From Bacteroidota bacterium (GTDB lineage: Bacteria; Bacteroidota; Bacteroidia; Flavobacteriales; Flavobacteriaceae), in NCBI GenBank assembly GCA_023446155.1, contig JAEXIT010000005.1, positions 24,208 to 88,207 of the forward strand: 64,000 nucleotides of DNA. Reading direction: 5' to 3'. Below, piece by piece: positions 19,827 to 28,877 of the stretch (the first letter of the stretch is position 1; every line of letters begins with the position of its first letter). The position numbers and the translations under genes are program-made. The notes under the pieces are model-generated. The model saw only the letters and a program-made list of their open reading frames with translations. It made no database searches and was not told the origin of the DNA.

Positions 19827-21484
19827 AGTTTTCGAAGTAAATCACGTTGCCATTTTGCATCAATGGGCGTATTAAAATGTTGTTGTGTAATATAAGTGTT
19901 TCTGATGTAACCGATGACATCCGAGTCGCCTGAAACGAGCTCCCATCGGTCGTAATCGGTTAGCTTTGGTGTAAAGCGTGCGATTATTTTTGGTTCGTTG
20001 TTGATTTGTGCCAGCACGAAACAATCGTCCAGCGTCATTTCTTTTGGATTGGCGGCAGACAGGTAACAGACCCAGATTTCCTCGTAATGCTGATGGTCGT
20101 ATTGTACGATTTCATACAGATGACGCGGTTTTAGTTGTTCGTTTTCTGATGTCTGAACGTTCTCCCATTCGAAATTGATTTTGCTGTAGTAACTCCTTGT
20201 TAAATCGGTCATCGCGTGTAGTTGGTCTATCGTAGCAGTATCATTAGTACGCAATGCTTCAACTTCGATACGGATAAAATCATTTAATAACTTCGTGATA
20301 CGATCCATTTTTGAGGCTCTGGTGTTTTTATGGTGTTCATAAAAATTCCATTGGTCGCTAAGTACTTCGTGTAAGACGTTCCAATTCTGTCTTTGCGACA
20401 AGTCGATTGCGTATTGCCATGACGCTTCCACCAGATCCAGACGGTCTGCTAGGCCCGCCCAATAGGCTGTAGATACCAAGGCATTCCAGCAGGCTTCGGG
20501 ATCGTTGTATTCTTCGTCGAAACGCTTTGCAGCGATCCAATGCTGATCACCGGTATATTGTTTGTCTTCGATCAGCGTCGTGGCTTCATACAACGGATGG
20601 TTGGCTACAGCATCCGGCAAAAAACCTTCGTGGTCGCGTGCCGAATTAATAGAGAGACTCACGTGCCACATCATGTTGTTAGAATGACCGTAGTAGTACT
20701 GGTATTTCTTAAAAGGCATTGTGTCGCAATCCAACCCGTGCGGCATACAGGCATACTTCCATAAATGCCAATACCGGTTTTCCATCTGGGTTTTGTTTTT
20801 GGGTTGCAGATAGTGAGCACGTTCCGCCAGTACACTACGTACGTAGGCATTCCAGATACCAAAGTCATCCTCCTGAAATTCGGGTAGGAATTTTTTGTTG
20901 TCGATTAACTGAGCAAAAAGAGCAAATGTCTTTTTGTGCTCAGGTGTGTCGTAATAATGATTCCAAAAATCACAGAAAAAAGAATCATGATTCTTTTTTG
21001 CTTTTTTAAAACGTTCCTGATTTTCTTCATCCAACAGATAGGACTTAAGGAAATCCAAATTGCCTTCGCCCAGATAATCAAAAAGCGGCTTCGACTGACT
21101 GATTGCGGCATCCAGATCGGATTTCAAATGTTTTATTGCGGTAGCGGTTTCCATTAATCTCAGGTAGGCCATCGGAATCATCGCTTTTAGGTTTGGCGCC
21201 TGAGTGGCGGCGGCGGCTCCATCATTAAACCATACCCCTTTTTTAAGGTTCACTACGGGCGCCTCTTTTAAAGACGTCATATGAGGCGAAAGCAATACGG
21301 CTAAGGTGCTGTAATCCTCATATTCGAACGCAAAAGGTGCCTGAAACCAGAATCCCTTTTCAAAGAAACGAATCTGATCGATCAGGCTTTCTTTACGGTT
21401 AAATTCGATTTTTAAGGCTTTTCGGGTATCCTGACCTTCATAAAGGCGGTTTAGATTGGCCTGTAAGCTATTGAGTGGTTTCAT
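19823..21484 (-). CDS. Hypothetical protein (553 aa), possibly a two-domain fusion
   Basis: Long ORF coupled to both neighbours. Confidence 0.8.
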   Translation of the reverse strand: MKPLNSLQANLNRLYEGQDTRKALKIEFNRKESLIDQIRFFEKGFWFQAPFAFEYEDYSTLAVLLSPHMTSLKEAPVVNLKKGVWFNDGAAAATQAPNLKAMIPMAYLRLMETATAIKHLKSDLDAAISQSKPLFDYLGEGNLDFLKSYLLDEENQERFKKAKKNHDSFFCDFWNHYYDTPEHKKTFALFAQLIDNKKFLPEFQEDDFGIWNAYVRSVLAERAHYLQPKNKTQMENRYWHLWKYACMPHGLDCDTMPFKKYQYYYGHSNNMMWHVSLSINSARDHEGFLPDAVANHPLYEATTLIEDKQYTGDQHWIAAKRFDEEYNDPEACWNALVSTAYWAGLADRLDLVEASWQYAIDLSQRQNWNVLHEVLSDQWNFYEHHKNTRASKMDRITKLLNDFIRIEVEALRTNDTATIDQLHAMTDLTRSYYSKINFEWENVQTSENEQLKPRHLYEIVQYDHQHYEEIWVCYLSAANPKEMTLDDCFVLAQINNEPKIIARFTPKLTDYDRWELVSGDSDVIGYIRNTYITQQHFNTPIDAKWQRDLLRKL

Positions 21485-21486
21485 TT

Positions 21487-22101
21487 TTAAGTCGATTGGT
21501 GAAATTGCCGTATTAAACGCGTCTTAGGCGAATAGAACAGGTTGTACGAACCATAGACTCTACTGTCGTAAAGTGTGGCAATGTACTGCATCAGCTCACC
21601 GTTTTCATCTTTAAAGATGTCGAGCGTATAATCGGTTTTGCGCACATGGTCTTTTTCGTAGGTGGTTTGATCCCAAATGGGTTCTCCGCCCATGTAAAGG
21701 CTATTGCGTGTTACCGATTTGTCGACTTCGAAATAAGTTGGTTCGTCTTCATATCCGTGAAAATTATCCGACATTTCATCGGCACACCATTCGATAAACT
21801 CTTCGTCGAAATTGGCGATAGGCGTTTCGCTGTAGGATACAATTTCGTATTTATTGTCGGCGGTAAGTCTGAAATCAGCATAATCCAGAAAAACCGGTGT
21901 TACGATAAAATGAAATATCAGATCCGCGAATTCCGGTTTAATAACGTTCCCCGGAATACTGTATTGTGGTAGCAGAATTTCCTGGTCGAAATGTTTGGGT
22001 TCGACCAGAACGTCTGCCGGTTTTGGAAAAGAGACAATTACTTTGCTCGGATCCTCCGGTTTGGCAATTTGTCTAAGTCCGATGGGTTTTGATCGTGCCA
22101 T
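21487..22101 (-). CDS. YwqG/DUF1963-like protein
   Basis: C-terminal MGGEPIWDQ...YIATLYD...GSYNLF...QST resembles the YwqG GG-x-P-x-W-x-Q ... Q-x-T pattern. Confidence 0.5.
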   Translation of the reverse strand: MARSKPIGLRQIAKPEDPSKVIVSFPKPADVLVEPKHFDQEILLPQYSIPGNVIKPEFADLIFHFIVTPVFLDYADFRLTADNKYEIVSYSETPIANFDEEFIEWCADEMSDNFHGYEDEPTYFEVDKSVTRNSLYMGGEPIWDQTTYEKDHVRKTDYTLDIFKDENGELMQYIATLYDSRVYGSYNLFYSPKTRLIRQFHQST

Positions 22102-23318
22102 TATTTTGCTTTAGCTTTTTTCGGAGTTAGCAGTTTTGCGATTTCGGAATCTTTCCAATGTTCGGCCACTTCTTTTGCAGTGATTCCCGGAGGAAGTGGT
22201 CCCAGCTGGTTTGTACTTCCAATCGTGGTATCAAGACCGGCTTTTACCAGGATTTTTGCCATTTCGGTAGGCCCGCCGGTATCGGCAAGATAATGTCCGG
22301 CCGTCCATCCGTTTCCATCCAATTGGTTGATGTCGACACCTTCGTTAAGTTTAAGGAAAGTCTTCAAACCGTCGACACGTTTACTGCGCGCAACGTAATG
22401 CAAAGGCGCAATTCCCTGTTCGTTTTTGACGTCGAAAGACGCTCCTTTTTTGGCTAATAATTTTATCGCTTCCGGTTCACCGGCGGAGCAAGCCATGATC
22501 ATTGGAGTATTGCCATTGTTACCACGGATGTTTACATCCGCTTTTTTCTGAATCAGATGTTTGGCCAGATAGATACAACCTACGTAATTGCGGTGCTCGG
22601 TTGGTCCCCAGGAATATCCGGAGATGTCGTATTGATCCATAAGCGAAAGCACTCGTCCTTTTTCATTTTCACCGCCATTGTACGGTTTTATATAACGGAA
22701 ACAGCCATTTTCGATCAGGTATTTTACATAAACACCGGAATTAGTTCCTTCCGATTCCCAATGTTCGACTTTGGCTTGTCCCAAACGCATCAACACATTA
22801 AGTAAAGGCGAAAATCCATATTCGTCCAGAGTGTTTACATCTGCACCCGCCCTGTCAATAAGGCGCCATCCAAACGCATAATTACCGAGCGAAGCGGCTA
22901 CGTTTAACGGCGTTTTCTGTTCGTGATCTCTGGTTTCGAGTAGGGCTCTTCTGACATCCGATATTTGGAGTAGTTCGTAGAAGTCGTTCGCCGCAGCCAC
23001 GTGAAGTATTGTCCCCTGACTCGAAGTTACCACGTCGGTTTTAGCCCCGTGTGCAATCAGATCCTGAACGATGTCTATATGTTTATAGGCGGTAGCCAGG
23101 TGGATGGGATAAAACGATTGATTGTCTGCCACATTCGGGTTTGCCCCGTTTTGCAGTAAAAGTTGTACAATCTCACGATGCCCATAGGCTGCTGCGCAAT
23201 GTAAAGCGCCCGAATTGGGTCCCATGGCACTCGCATCGGCACCTTTGGCAAGCATCTGCTTTACCGTTTCGATATCGCCTGCTTCCGCGGCGATTACAAG
23301 TTCTTTGTTGATGTCCAT
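22101..23318 (-). CDS. Ankyrin repeat protein
   Basis: Many ankyrin repeats (ALHCAAAYGH, PIHLAT, TPLNVAA, GNTPMIMAC, PLHYVA). Confidence 0.93.
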   Translation of the reverse strand: MDINKELVIAAEAGDIETVKQMLAKGADASAMGPNSGALHCAAAYGHREIVQLLLQNGANPNVADNQSFYPIHLATAYKHIDIVQDLIAHGAKTDVVTSSQGTILHVAAANDFYELLQISDVRRALLETRDHEQKTPLNVAASLGNYAFGWRLIDRAGADVNTLDEYGFSPLLNVLMRLGQAKVEHWESEGTNSGVYVKYLIENGCFRYIKPYNGGENEKGRVLSLMDQYDISGYSWGPTEHRNYVGCIYLAKHLIQKKADVNIRGNNGNTPMIMACSAGEPEAIKLLAKKGASFDVKNEQGIAPLHYVARSKRVDGLKTFLKLNEGVDINQLDGNGWTAGHYLADTGGPTEMAKILVKAGLDTTIGSTNQLGPLPPGITAKEVAEHWKDSEIAKLLTPKKAKAK

Positions 23319-23321
23319 ATT

Positions 23322-23516
23322 TTATTGTTTGTTTGGTTGTTGCATAGTACCTCCGACGTTAATGCTGCCTGAGGTTCTAAGAAGTAAGTTGTATTTGAAA
23401 TTATTTTGCTACAGAAGCTTTTGCGCCTCTTTTTCGGATTTACTACCGTTACAGCTATAAGTGGTGATCGCAAGCGTCGCGGTGGCAGCCAAAAGCAAGA
23501 AACTCTTGTTTTTCAT
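23322..23516 (-). pseudogene. Truncated lipoprotein remnant
   Basis: MKNKSFLLLAATATLAITTYS-C lipoprotein signal, in-frame TAG after 35 codons; the frame continues to a TAA 3 bp before the ankyrin ATG. Confidence 0.6.
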
Positions 23517-23864
23517 GTTATTGATTTATGGTTGGTTTACTGGTTTCGGATCCATTTTTTCTAAATAGATACGGAAATATTTACACGAATCGTGTAGTAC
23601 TATAGTTATAGACCATTGAAAAAGACACCTCTGAAAAACGGATAGCCGCTTTCATTCTATTTTATGAAATTTAAGATTTCGTCTTTCTCTTTTTAGTTTC
23701 CCTACTGGGGATAATCGGAAATTTCTTTCGAAAATACAATTAAAAATGAATTCAACAAATAGTTAGATGTAAAATGATTGTTAAATTTCACAAATTTGTG
23801 CATTTTTTTGAATGCCATAACGGTTTTGTAGTAATATCTGATTATGAGTGTAAAACGCTTTGCT

Positions 23865-24722
23865 CTACTTCATTTTTTCAAAAACAAACCCGATATCCCC
23901 AACCTGTGTTTCGAAACGATTTCCATCATATCCATAAATCGGACTTTTATATAAAAATTTAAAACCATCTTCCTCTAAACGATGATGGTGAATATAGCCA
24001 TTCTGTATGTTGATATAGGTTTCCCGAACAGTAATTTCTCCTTCCTTTTTTGTATCATAATCCATAACCTTTGCCAGACAGCTAAATCGGAAGAAATCGT
24101 CGTTATAGAGTCCCACTATAAGATGTATCGTATCGCCAAGTGGCATAAAATTGGTCATGTTGTAATTAATCCGTAGTTGTCCGGTTTCCTTAATGGAAAG
24201 CCATTCCCCAAGAAGTTCCTCCGTATGGATAACCGATACTTTGTAAAAACCGCTTTGTTTTATGGCGGCATACACGGTTTCGAAAAGCATCTTTAATTCA
24301 TTTCCTTTTTGAGGATCGTTAAAAATAAGATGGTCCCTTAGAAAGGCATTGATTTTCGCTTCGTCGTATCGTGCGAATCCCGCTAGAGTAGCTACATTTT
24401 TTGCGGTTTGATCGTTGGTCAGTTCTTTTTCAAAAAGAATCTTATGGAGTATATTGGAAAAAGCATCACAGTTTTGATCATTAAGAAACCGATCCAGATC
24501 AAAACCATCATTTTTTATGCTGCCTCCTCCAATTTTATAAGTTCCGAAAAATTCCTTTTCCAATTGGGTACATTCTTCGTGGAATTGAAGTCTAAAGTCC
24601 TTTTCCGAAAGCAAGTAGAGCTTCATCAGCGTAATCAATCGGGCGCTTGTAAAGTATAATTGCGTTTTAAAAGTAATGTATTCCAAGGTTATTTTTTTTA
24701 CGTTATTTTTTAATGCCACCAT
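23865..24722 (-). CDS. Hypothetical protein (alternative start 24626)
   Basis: 285-aa ORF, no recognised motif. Confidence 0.7.
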   Translation of the reverse strand: MVALKNNVKKITLEYITFKTQLYFTSARLITLMKLYLLSEKDFRLQFHEECTQLEKEFFGTYKIGGGSIKNDGFDLDRFLNDQNCDAFSNILHKILFEKELTNDQTAKNVATLAGFARYDEAKINAFLRDHLIFNDPQKGNELKMLFETVYAAIKQSGFYKVSVIHTEELLGEWLSIKETGQLRINYNMTNFMPLGDTIHLIVGLYNDDFFRFSCLAKVMDYDTKKEGEITVRETYINIQNGYIHHHRLEEDGFKFLYKSPIYGYDGNRFETQVGDIGFVFEKMK

Positions 24723-24767
24723 TGTCGGATCTGCGGCATCGAAACCGGCTAATAATAGGAAGCACTT

Positions 24768-25295
24768 TTATTTTACTTGATCAACATATTCCGTGGTAGA
24801 AAGTATAAAATCGGCTTCGGATAGGTTTAAGTTGATCAGAAGACCGTCAAGTGCTGTTTCATAATACGTTCCATTTTCCCATTTTTTAAAAGCGGATGGA
24901 TCGTTTTTTATCTGTTGAAAAGCCCGTTCGAGAATACTATGTAAAACCGTTGGATCCGAATACTGTTCTTTAATGGATTGCAATTGTCGCATATAGGTGA
25001 GCAGATATGCCGTGCTGGTATCGGCCAAATCAACCCCGTGGATCGTATCGGTACATTTTGATACTTCCGGAAAAGAAAGTACTGAAAACAAATCGACGCC
25101 CCATTCGACGTAATCGTCAGGATCATTTTTGGTGATCAAAGTGTCTAATTCGGAAATAATGTCGGTGATAACATCAAGATCCAGTTCGCTTAGGTGTCCG
25201 ATTTCGGAATTAGAATCCGGAGCGATTCCAATAGTAATGTCCCGTTTTAAATGGGGATATTTTTTGCCAACTACAATACTTTTGATCGTATTCAC
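24768..25295 (-). CDS. Hypothetical acidic protein
   Basis: 175-aa ORF with GTG start. Confidence 0.7.
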   Translation of the reverse strand: MNTIKSIVVGKKYPHLKRDITIGIAPDSNSEIGHLSELDLDVITDIISELDTLITKNDPDDYVEWGVDLFSVLSFPEVSKCTDTIHGVDLADTSTAYLLTYMRQLQSIKEQYSDPTVLHSILERAFQQIKNDPSAFKKWENGTYYETALDGLLINLNLSEADFILSTTEYVDQVK

Positions 25296-25402
25296 TCGCT
25301 ATACTTCTTTTACAAATACTAATATATAAATATTGTATTGATATCCAGAGGCAATCGAAAAATGTAACATTAAAAAGAGTTAGCGTGAAATTGCGGACGC
25401 TT

Positions 25403-25858
25403 TTAGTCGATCTCCTTAATGATGCCGTCTTTTACCGATTCTATGGCGATAGCAAACGGATCATGATGATCAATTATCCATTCTCCGTTTTTAAAAACAA
25501 ACGAAATATACGGCCCTAAGATTACATTTTGCTGGATAAACAAATTGTCACCTTCTTGTGGCGAATAATCAAAATCAAAACAATTTTCGCAATTCAGGTT
25601 TAAAGCAATCCATTCGGCATCCAATCCATTTCCGATGGAGTCGCTAGGCATAATATAATGGCCGAGCATGGCACAGTCTTTATACGCTTCCACAAAACGA
25701 AATAACCTCCAGATATACCGTAACGGAATACCATCGTTCTTTTTGTTTCGAATCGGAATAAGTTGATCACCGGATTTTTTATAAAACTCCTGTTCCCGGA
25801 ATTTGATGGTTCCCGAATCACAACTGCATAATTTGATTCCTTTTGTAAAGTCACACAT
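25403..25858 (-). CDS. Hypothetical protein with N-terminal Cys cluster
   Basis: MCDFTKGIKLCSCD; 151 aa. Confidence 0.7.
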   Translation of the reverse strand: MCDFTKGIKLCSCDSGTIKFREQEFYKKSGDQLIPIRNKKNDGIPLRYIWRLFRFVEAYKDCAMLGHYIMPSDSIGNGLDAEWIALNLNCENCFDFDYSPQEGDNLFIQQNVILGPYISFVFKNGEWIIDHHDPFAIAIESVKDGIIKEID

Positions 25859-25928
25859 TTAAAATACTATTTCAGATTTAGAACGCTACTAGCATATCAT
25901 TTGAATTCAGAAATAAACCACATTCGGC

Positions 25929-26663
25929 CTAAAAGTTCAGATAATCGGTTGTGTCTGTTAATTCGGACCATCGAGCGGATAGAAACTTAGCATAATTAAT
26001 CGGCGAAATTCCATAACTACCCAAAGAATGGCCATCGTTGACTTCGACCAGAATGGTATTATTGTTGGCATCTACACCAAAATCCAGAGCATAAGAACGC
26101 GGTTGCGATGTAAAGTCGGCAACCGCCGCTTTAACAATTTCCAAGTTTAGCGCCTTGTCCCAATCGCCTTTATAGTGTCTGATGTCAAGTATTTCCCGAT
26201 AACGAATAAAGCAACGAAACTCGGCTTTAAAAGTGATAAGTTCCGAACATAAAACAGAAGTAGGTTTATCCGCGTCGAGTAATCCAACGAAGTCAAGTTC
26301 CGTTTTAAAAACCTTCCCCGGAAACTTTTTGGTTTCCGTTTCCGGCTTAATAAAAACGGGAAACTGCTTTTTTTGTAAAACTTCCTCTAAAGTAGTTCTC
26401 CAAATTGTTCTTTTCAGATATTTTTGAAGTTCTAAAGGATAATCGATTTCTGTTGTTTTCCTAGGTCTGTTGATCATTTCCAGACGTTTTCGAACATTTC
26501 CGATTCCACCCACAAGAATAGTCTCCGGATTTGTGTCTTCGATGTGATTGATGTCATGGAATTTTTCAATTTCAAACCCAAAATGTTTAAACCCTTCATA
26601 AGCAATAAACGCATTTACATTGTAAAATTCACCGTCTTTATGGGTTTGTATATAGGCTTTCAT
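25929..26663 (-). CDS. ATP-grasp protein, R2K clade (DUF4343-like)
   Basis: FPVFIKP...KKFPGKV, EFRCFI, YALDFGV, LVEVNDG motifs. Confidence 0.8.
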   Translation of the reverse strand: MKAYIQTHKDGEFYNVNAFIAYEGFKHFGFEIEKFHDINHIEDTNPETILVGGIGNVRKRLEMINRPRKTTEIDYPLELQKYLKRTIWRTTLEEVLQKKQFPVFIKPETETKKFPGKVFKTELDFVGLLDADKPTSVLCSELITFKAEFRCFIRYREILDIRHYKGDWDKALNLEIVKAAVADFTSQPRSYALDFGVDANNNTILVEVNDGHSLGSYGISPINYAKFLSARWSELTDTTDYLNF

Positions 26664-26712
26664 GGAATTGAATTTCTGGAATTATCGTTTTTTTGATGCT
26701 AGGTTTGAATTT

Positions 26713-27330
26713 TTAGATTTTTTGGCATTTCACCCAAAAGAACGGAAAATTTTCCTGAACCGTAGTGATGTCGATTAGTCCGAATGCGTCAAACTCCCGG
26801 TGAACCGATTCCCGATCATAGAAAAACATATTTACACCGTCGATAATTTCATAGCGATCCGGCCCAAGATGCTTTCCGGTGCCATAGGTGTGTGCCTCTT
26901 TGGTGATCATCGTAAAAATCATATAACCACCTTTTTCAAGTTGTGCATAACAATCGCGGATTAGCTTTTTTCGTTCTTCCGTATCCAAAAGATGAATCAG
27001 CGCATAGCAAAATATCCCGTCGTACTTTTGACTGTCAAATGGCATATCGGTTACCGAACCATGAAAGATTTTTAGCCCTTCACCATAGTGCTTTTGTGCC
27101 ATTTCGATAGCCGTTTTTGAGATTTCAATTCCGGTTACGGTCATTCCGTTTTCCTTAAAAAGCTGTGCATTCCGGCCATATCCAATTCCCGGGATAAGAA
27201 TATTCTTTAGGGATTTTTCCACAAAGAATTCGTTGGCCATAACGGTAGATTGCGCGGGAGTAAAACCCCACATTTCTTTTTTATCGACAAAATTGACTTC
27301 CCAGAATTCGGGTTTTTCGGGTGTTTTCAT
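26713..27330 (-). CDS. Class I SAM-dependent methyltransferase
   Basis: ILIPGIGYGRNA, VTGIEIS, YDGIF, GGYMIF. Confidence 0.9.
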   Translation of the reverse strand: MKTPEKPEFWEVNFVDKKEMWGFTPAQSTVMANEFFVEKSLKNILIPGIGYGRNAQLFKENGMTVTGIEISKTAIEMAQKHYGEGLKIFHGSVTDMPFDSQKYDGIFCYALIHLLDTEERKKLIRDCYAQLEKGGYMIFTMITKEAHTYGTGKHLGPDRYEIIDGVNMFFYDRESVHREFDAFGLIDITTVQENFPFFWVKCQKI

Positions 27331-27400
27331 AAAATTGAATCAATAAAGTGAATGGTTAATTCCGATTTATTGTAAATAAATGGATTCCTTGAATACAAAA

Positions 27401-27835
27401 TTAGGAACCAATATAGGTGTAAATTTTTTTGAGGTTTGTTTTTTTTATTTCTTTTGATAGGTTACGATGGTAATCAATACCCCAAAGGTCTAGTTTTGTA
27501 TGGTCAATTTTTACATTTAGATGATCAAACCATTTGTGAAAAATAATGGAGTCTGTATGGTATAAGGCAGGACCAGTCATATTAGCGTGTAGTTTATGAC
27601 ATGCAGCACAGGTGTTATTAAAAAGTTTTTTTCCTTCGTTTGCTTCCTCAGACAAGTTTGGAGTGCCACAATAGGAGTACGTTGTAACGGGTTCATTGGA
27701 ACAAGCCGTGGTGCGTTGTTCTTCGGAGAGACAATTCTTGAAAAGGGTATAAAATGATGTGACTGTGAATATCAAAAAGGCAACCGACAAAAATAGAATT
27801 GCGAGAATTGATTTTTTAAAAAGTATCATAATCAT
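27401..27835 (-). CDS. Membrane-anchored c-type cytochrome
   Basis: GKKLFNNTCAACH heme-binding motif followed by TGPAL; N-terminal TM. Confidence 0.85.
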   Translation of the reverse strand: MIMILFKKSILAILFLSVAFLIFTVTSFYTLFKNCLSEEQRTTACSNEPVTTYSYCGTPNLSEEANEGKKLFNNTCAACHKLHANMTGPALYHTDSIIFHKWFDHLNVKIDHTKLDLWGIDYHRNLSKEIKKTNLKKIYTYIGS

Positions 27836-27839
27836 TCGC

Positions 27840-28454
27840 TTAAGGTTTTGGGAACTTCCGGATTAAGGCTGCAAGAATTCCGTTTTTAGAAATCTGAAGC
27901 GTAGTGGTTTGCGGGGTTCGGAAATAGGATTGCATGGTGATTTGATCCTCGTCATCGGCAAAACAGCTTAAAACGTAATGTGTCAGAAGGCACTTTTTAT
28001 AATCGTTGTAAAAATAAAAAGCATCCGCAGTAAAATTACGGTCATATACACCGTTTAAAAACTGAACACGTTGTTGATAGGAATACGCTTTGTTGTCTGA
28101 TCGTTCGAATTTTTCAAAAAGCGTTTCGTCAAGTAAAAAATAATCACGGTCGATAAAAAGAGACTTGCTTTTTACGGCATCATTGAGAAGCCGCACCATA
28201 TTCCGGGAATAAAGAATACTTCCTTTTTGATTTTCAAAATAGTCAATCCGAATGTCATTTTCGATAGCGGTTTCCAGCAATAATTGTTCGCAAATGGTAA
28301 CGACTTTTTTAAAAACAGCGATTTTGTGTTCACTGATTTCAAAGTCTTCCGTAAAAGAAAACCGTTGGAATATCCCGTCTTTGGTAGAAAAACCACCAGT
28401 GTAATTATTGATAAAACCCAGAAGGTAAAATAGTTTCAAAGGCATACGTAGCAA
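27840..28454 (-). CDS. Hypothetical protein
   Basis: 204-aa ORF 4 bp upstream of the cytochrome gene; start uncertain. Confidence 0.65.
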   Translation of the reverse strand: MLRMPLKLFYLLGFINNYTGGFSTKDGIFQRFSFTEDFEISEHKIAVFKKVVTICEQLLLETAIENDIRIDYFENQKGSILYSRNMVRLLNDAVKSKSLFIDRDYFLLDETLFEKFERSDNKAYSYQQRVQFLNGVYDRNFTADAFYFYNDYKKCLLTHYVLSCFADDEDQITMQSYFRTPQTTTLQISKNGILAALIRKFPKP

Positions 28455-28529
28455 TTATAGAAAATACAGGTGCGCTAGTTCCAATTATTCTTTTATATAA
28501 TTTCAGTGAGAAAGTGCAATTCGTTGTCC

Positions 28530-28564
28530 GATACAACTTTTCAGAACAGCAAGATACAACTTTT
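28530..28564. repeat. 12-bp perfect direct repeat GATACAACTTTT, 23-bp period
   Basis: Copies at 28530-28541 and 28553-28564 in the divergent intergenic region. Confidence 0.7.
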
Positions 28565-28877
28565 GGTATTCTTCCCTCGCTTTTAGCGTGCTAATGATAA
28601 AATTATTTGCATACGAAGACAAATACAAAACGTTCATAACACTGAAAAAAAAGGCCATTTTTTAGTCAATCGAAAAAAGAGATTCTAATTTTCTATTCCA
28701 AACGCCACAATAACAGATTAAAAGCCAAAATGAATACTTCTTCCTCTATTGTTGTTTTTTCAATTTTCTAAGAAACAGTCGAAACCGTAAACAGTACTGT
28801 GTTTTTTTGACACATCTTCCCGTTCTCCTGCTCAATGAATTGTTTCAACTGATTTTTCGATCCAATACGATTCATTT

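Noticed and set aside
28732..28751. Possible attR duplicate of the tRNA-Ser 3' end (CTTCCTCT)
   Set aside because: Only about 8 bp match, expected by chance, and no integrase is present.
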